NCBI GenBank assembly: GCA_951406725.2
Contig: OX597815.1
Coordinates: 176,824,001 to 176,888,000 of the forward strand
Direction: 5' to 3'
Source of the DNA: Octopus vulgaris
Lineage: Eukaryota
Length of the DNA stretch: 64,000 bases
Below the pieces are notes generated by a model. It saw only the letters and a list, made by a program, of their open reading frames with translations, ran no database searches and was not told where the DNA came from. The position numbers and the translations under genes were made by a program. This document shows, piece after piece, positions 26,055 through 38,343 of the stretch (positions within the stretch are counted from its first letter, which is position 1; every line of letters begins with the position of its first letter).

Positions 26055-26084
26055 CATAATGAAAATTTTAGAAATTACTCGTAT

Positions 26085-26535
26085 ATGGCAAATGAAAGAC
26101 GGAAGATGGACTATACGAGAATTTATTATTTAACCACAACAATTGTTTCTACACATCTAGCATCAATTCTCCATGGGTAGGATACTCAACAACTGGTTCA
26201 GGAGCATCCGGTGGTGCAGACGTATCTTGTCGTGTGATAAATAAATACAACTCGTTAAAATAACAGTTTCGCAATGTAACTTCTCGTTTTGTAGAAAGAA
26301 AAAAAGTCAGACGTAGGAAATATCTTCATTTATATAGAAGATTAAACATTTTTGATCTTTTATAAAAATGATATTTCCTCCGCTGTATTTATCACCCGAC
26401 GAGATGCATCTAAATCGCCGGATACTCCTGAACCAGTTGTTGAATGTCCCTCCCATGAAGAATCGATGCTAGGTGTGTCGAAACAATTGTCGTGATTAAT
26501 AGATTCTCGTATATTCCATCTTCCGTCTTTCATTT

Positions 26536-26540
<5 letters not shown>
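26085..26540. mobile_element. Fold-back element with hammerhead motif, copy 1
   Basis: About 160-bp imperfect inverted arms plus an inner hairpin; homologous end to end to 31115-31570; followed by (TA)n. Confidence 0.85.
26391..26496 (+). ncRNA. Minimal type-I hammerhead motif with extended stem II
   Basis: atcac CCGACGA gatgcatcta...taggtgtgtc GAAA CAATTG T C gtgat; 10-bp stem II including G-U pairs; GUC site at 26489-26491; U4C core variant. Confidence 0.75.
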
Positions 26541-26564
<24 letters not shown>

Positions 26565-26569
<5 letters not shown>

Positions 26570-26684
26570 TAATTGGGAAGGCCGGTTTATGGGGATTACT
26601 TTGTGTTTCCCGTACATAATGTGTTCAGCTTTATGGACAGGAAGCTTAAAGTAATCCCGTAAACAGGCCTTCCTTATTTTTAAT
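26565..26684. repeat. 120-bp imperfect hairpin next to (TA)n
   Basis: attaataattgggaaggccggtttatggggattacttt / aaagtaatcccgtaaacaggccttccttatttttaat. Confidence 0.8.
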
Positions 26685-27314
26685 ACATACTCCTCTACAT
26701 CTTAGGATGTGCTTCTTCGTTGTATTTATGTTTTTTTTTTACAAATGATATTATCTATCTACCTATCTATCTTTATCTATCTATCTATCTTTATCTTTCT
26801 TTATCTATCTATCTATCTTTATCTATCGTTTTTGCTTCAGAAATGTAAATAAACCCAATCTGTTTCTTAAACGAGGGATATATTCATACGGCACAGAATG
26901 GTTTCACCTCAATAGACGTATTTGATTGGTTGAAATTGCAGAAATTGAAGAAAAAAACAACAAATATCTTACAAACTATAGGATTTTATCAATAAAGCCA
27001 AGAGAAAAAGATGTTTTATAAACACATTCTACCAGTATACGAAGTTTACAATTTTTTAGCTACCTAGAAATTATGTTAAAAGCTGCCGTTCAAACCGAAA
27101 AGATCCAAACAAATTGGTGAATAAACGCATAAACATGTCAATGTTTACATACACACACATAAGCATGCACCGTCAAATATACACGCAAATCCACATGTGG
27201 TTATATACACACATATATTTGTATATACGCGAGGGAGAAGAAAGTAAAATGATTATAAGTCAAGTGGAAAGTTGGTTTATTTTGGGAAATGCATTGTATA
27301 CTTACGTATATATA

Positions 27315-28365
27315 GGCGCAGTAGTGGCTGTGTGGTAAGTAGCCTGTTTACCAACTACACTGTTCCGGGTTCAGTTCCACTGCGTGGCACCTTGGGAAAG
27401 TGCCTTCTACTATAGCCTCGGGCTGACCAAAGCCTTGTGAGTGGATTTGGTAGACGGAAACTGGAAGAAGCTGACTCCCTAGCAAGAAATAAGGCTCCGG
27501 GAAAAGACGGCATCCCCTCAGAGATCATCAAAGCCGGCAAAAACACCATCCTGCTTCGGCACCTTCATGAGCTTCTGTGTCAGTGCTGGGAAGAGGGTAC
27601 AGTCCCTCAGGATATGCGGGATGCTAACATCATCACGCTTTACAAAAACAAAGGTGACCGTGGTGATTGTAACAATTACCGTGGTATATCACTTCTAAGC
27701 ACTGTTGGAAAGACCTTTGCCCGCGTTACCCTGGCCAGGCTACAACTACTTGCTTCTCGAATCTATCCGGAATCGCAGCGTGGCTTTAGAAGAAACAGAT
27801 CAACTATCGATATGACATTCTCCATACGCCAACTTCAGGAGAAGTCCAGAGAGTAGAAAATGCCATTATATATGGCCTTCATTGATCTAACAAAGGCTTT
27901 TGACTCGGTAAGCAGAACAGGCCTCTTCATCCTGCTCCAAAAAATCGGATGTCCACCGAAGCTGCTGAGGATCATCAAGTCTTTCCATGATGACATGCAA
28001 GGCACCATACAGCACAACGGTTCAACATCAGCCGCCTTCCAAATAAAAAACGGGGTAAAGCAAGGTTGTGTCCTCGCTCCTACATTGTTTGGCATCTTCT
28101 TCTCGCTCTTACTTTCACATGCCTTTCATACATCAGATATATATGTGTGTGTGTGTTTGTGTATCTGTGTTTGTCCCCCTAACATCGCTTGGCAACCGAT
28201 GCTGGTATGTTAACGTCCCCGTAACATAGCGGTTCGGCAAAAGAGACCGATAGAATAAGTACTAGGCTTCCAAAGAATAAGACCTGGGGTCGATTTGCTC
28301 GACTAAAAGGCGGTGCTCCAGCATGGCCGCAGTCAAATGACTGAAACAAGTAAAAGAGAGAAAAG
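27315..28365 (+). mobile_element. SINE family B split by an RTE RT fragment
   Basis: 5' half 27315-27470 and 3' half 28137-28365 are colinear with the intact copy at 48801-49228. Confidence 0.9.
27471..28136 (+). pseudogene. Internal RTE-clade reverse transcriptase fragment (one in-frame stop)
   Basis: KAPGKDGIP; NYRGISLL; PESQRGFR; FIDLTKAFDSV; GVKQGCVLAPTLF. Confidence 0.95.
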
Positions 28366-28719
28366 TGATACATCTTTGTGTGTGTATATATATATATATA
28401 TGCATGCATGCATGTCTACAGTTCATTTACAGACATAAATCAACTTTCCACTTGTCATTTTACCATTTCTCTTTCTTATATATAAGTAGCTGCTTCCTCA
28501 AAATATGGGCAAAGCCATTGCTGGATAGAATCACTGAAATGAATCATTGATGTTGCAATGTGAGGCCCTTGTGCCACAACATGAACTCGTTTGACATGCG
28601 TTCTCAGTCCTCCAACTGAAAGGCGCACCTTTCCATGGGTTGCACATGTTCTACTGTGAACAAGAGCCACATCACCACTTACAATGAGTTGATTCCTGTG
28701 ACATATGATGTGACGATCT

Positions 28720-29960
28720 CCCTAATCAAAGGCCTTTGCGAAGTCAAAATATATATTACATTGGTATCTGACTTGTCAAATAAATGTTTCAAAACTCGGT
28801 CGTAACGTTGTAAGAGCTGTGAAAGGCAGATTCTTCATGTGTATCATTCAGTAAACCATTTTCTTCTAAGATGAATATCAGCTTTTTTCTGATGATTCTT
28901 TCCATGACTTTATTGATATGAGCAGTCAGAGATTGGCCTGTAGTTTTGAGCCTCTGCTCTGCTCCTATTTTAGCGGATAGGACATATGATGCCTTTTAAT
29001 TTTTTAAGAAGTTTATCACTTGCAAGGAAACTCTGGAGTATCTGAAGTGGTTTCCTTAAAGCGTATTTATATGACTTCAGGAGAAAAGCTGGAAAGTCAT
29101 CGGGACCAGTTGCTGAGCTTGACCCCATTTCATATATGGCCGCTGTTACATCTGCCTCCTCAATGTCTATGAAATCGATGGTTGTCGCTTTCATCTGCTG
29201 AACAGCAATGTTAAAGAATTCAGTCTGGTTATTTTTCTGCATGTGTTCCTGGAGGAAGATGAAGACACATTTTAATTATTCACTGAGTACTTCATATACT
29301 TTTCGGGTCCGCGGTTAGCAAGCCATACCTTTGGAACAACGGTCCTATTTTATATTGTACTGCGGTTGTTACCTTTGCTAATTTATAGACAGATTTAGGG
29401 TTTGGGTTTATGCTTTCCACAGCTCTGTTCCCCAATTGCCTCTCTCTCTCTCTCTCTTTACACTTTTCTTTCAATGAGAAAGTTTGATTTGATTTTTTGT
29501 CCGTCTTAAGTCAGACTTCTCCTTATCCTTCAGTTGCCTACCGAACTGGTTTGAGACCTTTGATCTGAATCTCAGAGATTTTCCTGTCTCTGAAGATGTT
29601 TGTCGGTATGCGTTGGTCCAGGTTTGTCATTACTGTTTCAATGTATCTGAGGCCATCCTCAATCTTACCATCATATTTCAAGGTATTTGGCGGACGATAT
29701 GTTATGCATAAAACTACATCAATTTGTTTCATATTATTAAAGTGTTACTGCGTTTAAGTGTGACAAAAATACAAGAGGCGTGACATCTTCGAGGATGTAC
29801 GTAGACACTCTTCTATGTGTACTAAATACAGCATACGCTGTGTATATGTATTTCGGCATCGTATTTTAGAGTTTAGATGTGTTTCTGTAAGCACTATGCA
29901 TATTGTTTGATTGCATGCAGCAAACTCTTTCAGATAGAGAATTTTATCTCTCTCACTGAA
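28720..29960 (-). pseudogene. Highly decayed CR1/L2-group LINE ORF2 (APE endonuclease to RT N-terminus)
   Basis: CIVLTETHL; ITYRPPN; NPKSVYK; SSATGPDDFPA; NYRPIS; DFAKAFD, in correct order. Confidence 0.8.
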
Positions 29961-30250
29961 TTGTAGGAATACAGCATGTCGTTTTCAAATTTCTGGCAGA
30001 GTGAATTGGGTCATGGTGGGGTTTTCCTCGCAGATGGTGTCCAACTGCCCCTACTGTGCAGTCGATAAAATCCAAAACAAAATACGCATGCTCGAAATTA
30101 AAAATATAAAGCAGTAACAATTTACCTATCGCACCTTGTTTGTGTGTGTATGTATGTATGTATATATGTGTGAGTAGATAAACTTTGATATGTTTCGACC
30201 AAAATTTGTGTAACTTAATAGCACCACCTCATAGGGTTATCTAAATACTT

Positions 30251-30600
30251 TTAAATCAAGTTTTGTGGTATCAAGGTCCATTCAAGTAGGGAATTCTTGT
30301 TGAGTGAGTTATATGCAGGTATGGGTGGCTTACCTGGTATTTCTTGAAGAAATTTATCCAGACTCCTTTTAATGGTGACGGGATTTTTTTCCTCTTTGAT
30401 CAGTTTTGGGACAATGTTAAACAGGGCAGTTCCTGTTGAGGAAAAGAAATTATGTCGCAGTGTACCTATATGTTGTGATCCTGAATTGGACAGCCTTAGA
30501 TGAACTTTGAAGCTAATGTTCAGATCGTTTGGGCAATTCTGGCAGTATACTCTCCTCATCGTTCAAATGATGTACCACTAGCCGCGTCGCTGGAGAGAGA
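30251..30600 (-). pseudogene. CR1/L2-group LINE ORF2 C-terminus
   Basis: SLQRR..; NFFSSTGTALFNIVP...IKRSLDKFLQEIP..NSLLEW. Confidence 0.75.
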
Positions 30601-30654
30601 GAAAGTAGAGTTTCAAGGCTTTAAGGCAGTCCCAATATGTGTGTGTATACAGCT

Positions 30655-31030
30655 AGGTGTGCGGTTGAGAAGATTGTATCCCAAGCATGTGATCTTGGGT
30701 TCAATCCACTGCACTGCATCCCCAGTAAATGTTTTATTACAGACAGCCAAAGCCATCTCAGTGGATTTGGTAGGGGGAAACTGAAAGAAATTCTGTTGTG
30801 TGTGTGTGTGTTTATGTATATATATATATGTGTGTGTGTCTTTGTATTTGTTCGTCAATAATGCTTGACAACAGAGTTGGATTGTTTAGGTACCGGTGAA
30901 CTAGCGGTTCGGGATAAGAGATCGTAGAATAAATGCTAGAATTGCAAATAGCGACTGGGGCCGATTGGTTCAACGGAATCTTTCAAGGGGGTGGCCCAGC
31001 ATCGCTGAAGTCGAATGAGTGAAACAAATT
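30655..31030 (+). mobile_element. Degenerate SINE family B
   Basis: Diverged colinear match including gtggatttggtag..gaaactgaaagaa and the internal microsatellite. Confidence 0.7.
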
Positions 31031-31114
31031 ATATATATAATGGATAATAAAACGAATGGTTTACACCTGGTAGTTTAATGGTAAGGCACGGTCACTGTCA
31101 AGATCGGTATGTAT

Positions 31115-31567
31115 ATGGCAAGTGAAAGACGGAAGATGGACTATAGGAGAATTTATTATTTAACTACGGCAATTGGTTCGACACACCTAGCATCGATTCT
31201 TCATGGGTAGGATACTCAACAACTGGTTCAGGAGCATCCGGTGGTGCAGACGTATCTTGTCGTGTGATAAATAAATACAACTCATTAAAATAATATTTTC
31301 GCAATGTAACTTCTCGTTTTGTAGAGAGAAAAGCAGCCAGACGGAGGAAATATCTTCATTTATATAGAAGATTAAACATTTTTGATCTTCTATATAAATG
31401 ATATTTCCTCCGCTGTATTTATCACCCGACGAGATGCATCTAAATCGCCGGATGCTCCTGAACCAGTTGTTGAATGTCCCTCCGAGGAGGAATCGATGCT
31501 AGGTGTGTCGAAACAATTGTCGTGATTAATAAATTCTCGTATATTCCATCTTCTGTCTTTCATTTGG

Positions 31568-31570
<3 letters not shown>
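31115..31570. mobile_element. Fold-back element with hammerhead motif, copy 2
   Basis: Homologous to 26085-26540 at an offset of 5030 bp; followed by (TA)n. Confidence 0.85.
31421..31526 (+). ncRNA. Minimal type-I hammerhead motif, copy 2
   Basis: Stem I, core, stem II, GAAA CAATTG TC are identical to 26391-26496; differences lie only in the loop II region. Confidence 0.75.
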
Positions 31571-31606
<36 letters not shown>

Positions 31607-32788
31607 ATGAAATTATTGTATACAGTGCTCAGGTGCACTATATATATATATATGTATATAGCAGAATAACTAGTAGAGTCGGTCTTGCGGTTTAAGAATC
31701 TAGTATATACATACATATACCTGAGAATTTCTGGTGTTTTCTGCTTTCACATCTGAATTATTGAAAGAGTTCCGACCGTGTTGAATAGGTTCTTTTTTTT
31801 TTTTCTTTTTCAACCGATTTACATTGAGCAAAACATTGAGATTGAAACATTGAGCAACTATTTTATTAACAGTAAATAGTGTTATTTGAGAAGGATTTCA
31901 CTGTTATATCGAGAAAGCTGTGCTGTTTTGTGGCGGTTACCGACGTCTTTCTAAATGGTATTCATTTGCAAATGCTAGGATTTCCGCCACTCCCCGAACA
32001 TCTACCTGCGCATGCGCGTTCGCACACGAGTGGAGGAGTACACATACAGACGCACACACGAACACTGCCATAGCTGACAAACCTGATACTACTGACTGTT
32101 TTTCATTGCTGTCCTACGATGGTGACAGCGACAAGTCAACAGCAGCTGTAGACAAGCACCAGTCTCACTAATGTCAATCCATTGCTTAGGACGTACGTGT
32201 CAAAGCTTCTAGCAGCAAGCGAAAGTGTAGCGATGGTTGTTGCAGCAGCAGCAGTAGTAGAAGTAGTAGCCTTATTATTGTCAGAACCGTCAGCATACAC
32301 CGGACAAAATGCTTCTCAGCATTTCTTCCGGCTATACTCTCTAAGTACAAATTCCGGTGAGGTCGATTTTGCCTTTTCTCATTTCAGTGTTGATAAAATA
32401 AATGTCAGGCCCTGTAACTATAAAGAAAGAATCATTGTCCCCTTCATCTCTACCGCTGTGGCTAATAAAAAATTATTATTGGGGTTCCTCGATTATCGCT
32501 AGAGGCCTTCCTCTATCAGTAAGGTCATATCACTATCATCCTCTCCGACACTTTTTAAAAAGCCTTTCTATGCTATGCATATGTCCCTTTTTTTTTAGTG
32601 TATACCGTATATAGTTTCTTTTTTTCTTTTTTTCTTCATTTCGTATGTAAACCCCCACACTCTATGCCTGTCTTTGTATTGTCCCCTTCATTCTTCGCCC
32701 TTGTGGCAAATAAATGAAATCATCATTATTATTATTACTATTATTGTTATTATTATTATTATTGTTGTTATTATTATTATTATTATTA

Positions 32789-32995
32789 AGGCGGTGAGCT
32801 GGCAGAAACGTTAGCACGCCGGGCGAAATGCATAGCGTTATTTCGTTCGTCTTTATGTTCTAGGTTCAAATTCCGCCGAGGTCGATTTTGCTTTTCATCC
32901 TTTCGGGGTCGATAAGTACCAGTTGCATACTGGGGTCGATCTAATCGACTGGCCACCTCCCCAAAAATTTCGGGGCTTGTACCTAGACTAGAAAA
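32789..32995 (+). mobile_element. SINE family A inserted in (ATT)n
   Basis: ggcggtgagctggcagaaacgttagcacgccgggcgaaatg..gaggtcgattttgcttttcatcctttcggggtcgata. Confidence 0.85.
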
Positions 32996-33094
32996 ATTAT
33001 TATTATTAGTAGTAGTAGTAGAAGTGGCGACCAAATATTCCGATGAATTAATGCAACTGTTGCTGTTAGCGGGGCTAGAAACGACAAAGCCTCC

Positions 33095-33472
33095 AATAAA
33101 CTGGTTCACCGTATTTTGTTCAGTCTCAACCATTTTTAATCTATGGACACCTTTGATTACTATTTTATTCTGGTGGACCCCAATAGCTATTTGATATTTA
33201 AAAACTAGTTTTATAGAAACTTCTTTCAAAATTCCTATTTTGTCCCCCCCACAGACACACATTAACTTGTGTAGTTTGGAGTTTGTAAAATGTTAAAGAA
33301 AGAAACCTGACCGTTTCTTGCGATACATATCAATACATACACCTCAATTAAAGAAATTGCAGGGTCTCTTAAAACAATAATGTGAATCCCCAATTTCCTA
33401 TATTCTTGTGTGGACCTCAAAAATCTTATATGGACCCTCACAGGGGCCATACGGACCCCAGTTGAGGACCAC
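33095..33472. mobile_element. Possible non-autonomous hAT (Charlie-like) remnant
   Basis: Repeated tggacc motifs near both ends; right end ggaccccagttgaggaccact. Confidence 0.35.
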
Positions 33473-33781
33473 TTCTTTACGTTCTGATTTGAAATCCTGT
33501 TTTTTTGGTCGGCCATTTGTTCCTTTTAAGAATCTTTTATCTTTTAGCTGTTTTAGTCATTGGACTGCAGCCATGCTGGGACACCATCTCGAAGAGTTTA
33601 ACCGAGCAAATCGTCTCCGGTATTTATAGTTTCATACTTATTCTATCTTTGTGTTTTGCCAAACCGCTATGTTACGGGGACGTAAACAAACCAAAACCGG
33701 TTTCCAAGTGATTGGACAAACACAAATACATAAACAAACACACACCTGTCCATCCCCTAAATATACATGTATGTATATGTA

Positions 33782-35025
33782 CAGGGGTTAGACAAAATAA
33801 TGGAAAAACCAAGCATCATAGCATCATAATTTTGTAATATCTATAAAACCGTCAAAAGCTTGTTTATTTTTATGGGTTTTTTTTATTTACTATTAGTGTT
33901 GCTTAATATATTTTGCTAAAATTGCTGTTTCTTTTCAGGTATGATCAGAAAATGGTAGTTAAAATGACAGCTTTCGGAATTTCAAAAAGGTCAACTTGTT
34001 TGTGCTCGTATGGCAGGCGCTAGCGTAATGTAAACAGCTGAAATGTTCGGTGTATCAAGAAGTACTGTCTCGAAAGTAATAACAGCCTTTGAGAAAGAAG
34101 AAAAAACCTCGTCGAAACAAAACTCCGGAAGAAAACCAAAACTTTCAGATAGGGACCGTCGGGCTCTTACGCGAATTGTTAGAAAGGATCACAAAAGTAC
34201 AGCTCCCAAAATTACTGCAGAGCTTAATGACCACCTCGAGAACCCAGTTTCCACCAAAACTGTTCGCCAGGAGCTGCACAGAGCCGAATTTCACGGGAGG
34301 GCTGCAATCAGAAAACCACAACTTTCAAAAACAAACGTTGCAAAGCGTTTAGAGTGGAGGAAAAACCTACAGAATTGGTCCCCAGAGCAGTGGGAAATTG
34401 TTATCTTCTTGGACGAGTCATCCTTTACCTTATTTCCGACCATGTGCCGAGTATACGTGTGGAGACAGCCAAAAGAAACATTTGACCAAGTCTGCCTTCT
34501 TCCAATTGTTAAACATGGTGGAGGATCTGTGATGATCGGGGAGGGGGCTATATCTTGGAAATCTGCCGGCCCAGTGGTTTCCCTTCATGGCAGATTTACT
34601 AGTCAAAACTATTTAAGCATTTTATCTGATCAAATTCATCCTATGGTTGCGGAACTGTTTCCGGAAGGAAGTGCAATCATTCAGGATGATAATTCCCCAA
34701 TTCACAAATCTAAAGTTGTTATTGAATGATACGAGGAACATTCTGGTGAAGTTGAACATCTTATCTGGCCACCACAGTCTCCAGATCTCAATATTATTGA
34801 ACATTTATGGTGCCTTTTAGAAAAGCAAGTAAGGAATCGATATCCTCCACCATAATCACTACAAGAACTGGAGACAGTTTTAGCTGAAGAATGGACAAAA
34901 ATTCCTTTGGAAACAATTCACTTTGAACAAGTCCATACCTCATAGAATTCAAGGCGGTCCTACCCCGTATTAAATTAATTTTTTTTTTAATTTTAAGGTG
35001 TTTCCATTATTTTGTCCAACCCCTG
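33782..35025 (+). mobile_element. Tc1-like transposon, full length (1244 bp), defective
   Basis: TIRs caggggttagacaaaataatggaaa / tttccattattttgtccaacccctg, with TA on both sides. Confidence 0.95.
33963..34973 (+). pseudogene. Tc1-like transposase pseudogene, DD36E spacing
   Basis: GVSRSTVS HTH; SGRK; FLDESSF; QDDNSPIH; WPPQSPDLNIIEHLW; GGPTPY*; internal stops. Confidence 0.92.
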
Positions 35026-35043
35026 TATGTGTGCATATATATA

Positions 35044-35079
<36 letters not shown>

Positions 35080-36969
35080 TGTATGTATGTATGTATGTAT
35101 GTATGTATGTATGTATGTATGCATGCATGCATGCATGCATGCATGCATGCATGCATGCATGCATGTATGTATGTGTACGACTGTTTGTTTTTTAATTTTC
35201 GTCCAATTTCTTTCACATGACTTTGGTCGTCCTCAGGTTGTATTAAAGATACTTGCCCAAGGTGCAACGTAGTGAGACTGAACTTGAAACCACGTGGTTT
35301 GGAGGCAAAGTTCTAATCCCATCACTCACACAAGAATGAAATAACTGATCGCTGCAGTTATAGGAAGATCAATAAAATAGACGACAACGATTCCCCTTGA
35401 ACTTGTAAAGGGTGCTGCAAAGTGAGAAATGATGCAAGGTCGGTCAAATCAGTGAGCTCCGCATAAGGTTCTGAATTGAATTCTCGCCTTGAACTTCTTT
35501 CTCAATTCTCCATGATTAAAGGTTTGAGGATCAAATAGGCATTAGGCTTAACTCAATTAGCCACAGGGGCTACGTTCGAAAATAGTGTTATGTTGCGTCA
35601 GTTGAAGGCATCATTAAGAATAGCACTACTACTAGCTTTGCTCTTGTACCACCGCCCAAATATGTGTGTGTGTTCATATGTATGTGTATACATGTATGTA
35701 TATGTGCATGTATGCAACGGTTGTCATTTGTAATCCAGTATGAAATGATATCACGTGACAATGTTATGTTTCTCTAGTCTCAAGAAGCTGCACCTCTGCT
35801 TCCAACCTCCCTCCTCCTACCATTAACGCATGAAAACATCCAGAATGTGACATCTGGAGGGAGTGAGAATTGCAACAGCAATTCTTAAATTAAAGATTAT
35901 TTAATTTAAGATACTTAAATTAAGGATTCTCAAATGATAAAAGAAAAAGCTAGCCTGAATTGCAATTGATGTTTTAAGCGCTTTGAGTCAGAACAGATAT
36001 CCCAACGCAGTCTCTCCGATGTTTCAACCACTTTGCTGATCGGCAGCCATATTTGCATGTATAAAAGAGAACATGTTGTTCTCTTCTACTTAAAATTTTT
36101 TCAGTTCTTGCAATAATGAAGGAGCTGGTTTTTAACGGATACATAAAGCTCTATCTTTGGAATATTTATGCCAAAAACTATGATACATGTCAAGAAAAAT
36201 CTTGCATAATTGTGAGAAAGTTTTGCATATTTGCACAGTTCCGGTTATATATTGTATTTGTTGTACACGTGTTAGTTGGTTAATTTCTTATCTGGAAACC
36301 TAGTACCGTTTTCAGACCCTTATATAAACATTTACTTACAAAACACAATTTCTATTGGTATAAATTAGAATTTATAACCGAGGTTTAAAAGCTTAAAATT
36401 TGGAAGAATTTTATCCGTAAATAGCCACTTTCTTTTTTATTTTCAAAGATGTATTTTCCTCAACAGGGCAGTTGGCGTGTATGACGGTTTTATTGTCTGT
36501 CCCAAATATGTACAGTCTGTCGGTTATGTTGCATTTGATAGAAGTTTTGATGGGAACATTCTATCAATATTCCTTGTTTGGATGTTTAAGTGTGAGTTCA
36601 GTAAGAGGGGGTTCTCTTTATCCCAAGACAATCTACTTTTCTTTCTTGTTTAGGATACATAACATACTCTTTTAATGACGATGGAGTCAGGTCACATTGC
36701 TGTGTAGTACCATGATGTCATTTTGGGGGCCGCTGTTGATCCTATACTTGATGTTCTCCACTGAAATGTAACACGATCGATATTTTTGGTTGCTTCAAGA
36801 ACTTTACTGTCTTTTTTGTTCATTAGCTGTTGTCCATTGCAAGCGCATCGCTTTCGAAGTGTGATGTGATTTAAAGGTTACGAATCCAAGAAAAGTTGCA
36901 CTTCACCATGATGATATTATCACCTCCAAGTCTTCAGGATACTTACACAAAAGTCGTTTATTGGTGGGT

Positions 36970-37155
36970 TGAGCCTTCACTTTCAGATCTTCTTTGAGGT
37001 TAATCCAGCTATTTCGGGGTTGCCTTTCATATCCAAATCTTCTTTAAGGTTAGTCTAGATATTTTGGGGTTGCGTTCACATCCAGATTTTCAAGGTTAAT
37101 CCAGATATTCTGGGGTTGCCTTTTATATCCAAATCTTCTTTAAAGCTAATCCAGT
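36970..37155. repeat. Minisatellite, about 4 diverged units of about 45 bp
   Basis: ggggttgcctttcatatccaaatcttctttaaggttaatccag repeated. Confidence 0.85.
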
Positions 37156-37364
37156 GAGTGTTTTTGCACGTGTGTGTTAGTGTATGTATGTATGTGTGTG
37201 TGTGTGTGCCTTTACGTCTTTCTTTGTCCCCCACCATTGCTTGACAGTGTTGGTGTGTTTAATTCCTCGTAACTTAGGCATTGCCAGACTAATGATCTTG
37301 TGCAGAACTCAATCTATGTATGTTTAAGAACGAAGTGTTAGACGAGTCTAGAGCGGTGGTAAGA

Positions 37365-37605
37365 AAGAGGGATGACAAAGAATGATTTTCTTATGGACTA
37401 CATTAGCTTCTAGCTGTTTCTGCTATAAGATGCGGTGGACTCATAGTTGAGTGTCTGAATAACATCTAACTTGCACTTCGTATTGAAGGCTCCGATGAAG
37501 CTATAAGGTGTTATGAGTCGAGTATGAGTACAGTGCATCCTTTAGCAGAAACAGTTGTAAGCTAATGATCATTAGATAATCATTTATTCCTTTCTCATCT
37601 CTATA
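37365..37605. repeat. Diverged fold-back with a hammerhead-like motif in the right arm (37489-37563, +)
   Basis: Arms cattagcttctagctgtttctgctataagatgc / gcatcctttagcagaaacagttgtaagctaatg; gct CCGATGA a gcta...tagc a GAAA cagttg T A agc. Confidence 0.65.
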
Positions 37606-38116
37606 TGTTGATGGCGAGAGAGAGAGAGAGAGAGACAAAGAGAGAACATCATTTATTGTCTTTATTGTACGAGGAGATATTTTTTACGCATTTCTTTGTC
37701 ATATCCACCATCAGGAAATGGAAAATGAATTCAGTCTTGGATTCAATTTCCAACCATAATTTCTAATTCAACGACACCAGTGTGGTCAGAAATAACTTGG
37801 GTGGGAATCGAACAAGGAACCTCCTCACACGCGGTCTAGGCTGCCACGCTACTGCTGACGCTTTTGTTGTTGATTACTTCCTGTCAGTGCTCATCTACTG
37901 CACCACGAATGGCTTAAGGCAGTCCAGCTCTTTATTCAAATTCAGTCTATCTAGGACTGAGTTAGTTTTAATTTTAAAAGATAGTAGAATGTGTTATGAA
38001 CATTTGGTCGCAGTTTCTTGCAGGTTGGCCTTGTCTTTCAGTTATGTCAAAGATCTCCACCTTGTTGGTTTTAATTGACATTTGGCATCACCAAATATGA
38101 GTGGTTCTATGATATC

Positions 38117-38343
38117 CCATTTCTTTACTACCCACAAGGGGCTAAACACAGAGGGGACAAACAAGGACAAACAAGGATTAAGTCGATTATATCGACCCCA
38201 GTGCGTAACTGGTACTTATTTAATCGACCCCGAAAGGATGAAAGGCAAAGTCGACCTCGGCGGAATTTGAACTCAGAACGTAGCGGCAGACGAAATACCA
38301 CTAAGCGTTTCGCCCGGCGTGCTAACGATTCTGCCAGCTCGCT
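38117..38343 (-). mobile_element. SINE family A, full length
   Basis: 16-bp TSD gtggttctatgatatc at 38101-38116 and 38344-38359. Confidence 0.92.

Noticed and set aside
28720-30600. Single rearranged CR1 element
   Set aside because: The C-terminal fragment lies upstream of the endonuclease fragment; two independent insertions are the simpler explanation
35190-35240. Minus-strand CTGAGGA c gaccaa...ttggac GAAA
   Set aside because: Stem II is mismatched and no stem III palindrome or stem I is found
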